A stretch of DNA of 64,000 nt, taken from positions 1,121,771 through 1,185,770 of the forward strand of contig NW_003314314.1 in NCBI RefSeq assembly GCF_000143415.4, read 5' to 3'. Below the pieces are notes generated by a model. That model searched no databases, had not been told where the DNA came from, and saw only the letters and a list, made by a program, of their open reading frames with translations. A program made the translations under genes and the position numbers. How positions within the stretch are numbered: position 1 is the first letter of the stretch; each line of letters opens with the position of its first letter. This DNA comes from Selaginella moellendorffii (taxonomy: Eukaryota > Plantae > Lycopodiophyta). Positions 63,314-64,000 of the stretch are shown here, piece after piece.

Positions 63314-64000
63314 CTACACTCGCCTGACGTTCAGGTGTATCCTCCCGGACTCAAGCCGGAAGTTAGCCTGCTCATCTTCCACGCCGATCTCCTCCATGTC
63401 ACCGTCCTGACAGCCATCTCCTGCCACCCGTGCCACTTCCGACTCGATCATCTCCAGGAGGCCGGCTTTGTTTGGTTGTTTTGTTGCTGAGTCCGTGCGA
63501 ATGCTGTAGTGGAGTGGAGAGTCGCTCCTCAATTGCTTTGTGGGAGAGGTGTTGATTGTACAGTGGATGGGAGACTCACTTCTCACGGCACAAGATTCTG
63601 GGCCAAGTCGGACGTTGATCTTTCGAACTTCCCTGCCGCTGTCACCTCTGTTGTTTGGATGCTGCGGGCATTTTGGATTCTCCGGTGCTGGCGTAGTCCA
63701 CCTGTTTCCCTTGTTGCAGCAAATACATCTGCTTTGTGTTCCGGGCCCTGACGTATCCCACCTCTGGGACCGTTTTCTTCCCTGCATTGTCCCAATAAGC
63801 TTCTTCTCCGGCTCCTTTGGCTTCCGTGCCGTGATAAACATTCGGAAGACTCTCACCACTTCCTCGCCCAGAGCACTGCACTTGTTGTCCGTTGCTGTCG
63901 TGCCGTCCAAAGCGGACTGCATACCGGTGCTCAGCTTTTCTACTTTAGTGTCAAGAATCCTGCGTTGATCAATCAGTGAGATGTGGGATCAAGACGCTCT
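63314..64000 (-). CDS. Exon of an unidentified host gene running off the window
   Basis: >200-codon GC-rich open frame with a donor-like site near 63328. No recognisable domain. Confidence 0.45.

Overview
Eukaryotic plant genomic DNA, most likely a lycophyte such as Selaginella. This is inferred from ~50-nt introns, the CCCTAAA telomere motif, cilia/centriole genes and Gypsy lineages. Positions 1-41.7 kb are a nested transposon cluster with Gypsy LTR elements, solo LTRs, TRIMs and LINE remnants, all heavily C>T/G>A mutated. Positions 42.5-56.1 kb are a tightly packed host gene block: a small MAPKK-start protein, a FAM114-like protein, an STK11IP-like LRR protein, a Dpy-30 protein, a RING+PHD protein and an Sfi1-like protein. 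A degenerate Gypsy element (57.5-62.5 kb) follows. The most notable object is a 12.1-kb DNA transposon (4579-16721) with 24-bp TIRs and a 4-bp GGGA TSD; an empty-site paralog is visible at ~2331-2350. It carries two divergent, stop-interrupted genes. One is a Sola-like DDD transposase with extra N- and C-terminal barrel-like domains. The other is a multi-exon gene whose translation resembles a ParB/Srx domain followed by a degenerate beta-class amino-methyltransferase fold. About 25 copies of a 22-bp palindrome (ATGGCRTGWGGCCWCAYGCCAT) are scattered through this element, mostly in introns and non-coding DNA, and I saw no full copy elsewhere in the window. This suggests a parS-like or VANC-like self-recognition system. 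Other highlights are a 47-nt spliceosomal intron inside a chromovirus integrase core (two copies) and an ~11-kb inversion whose two breakpoints can be reconciled. All domain calls are by-eye motif recognition, not database searches.
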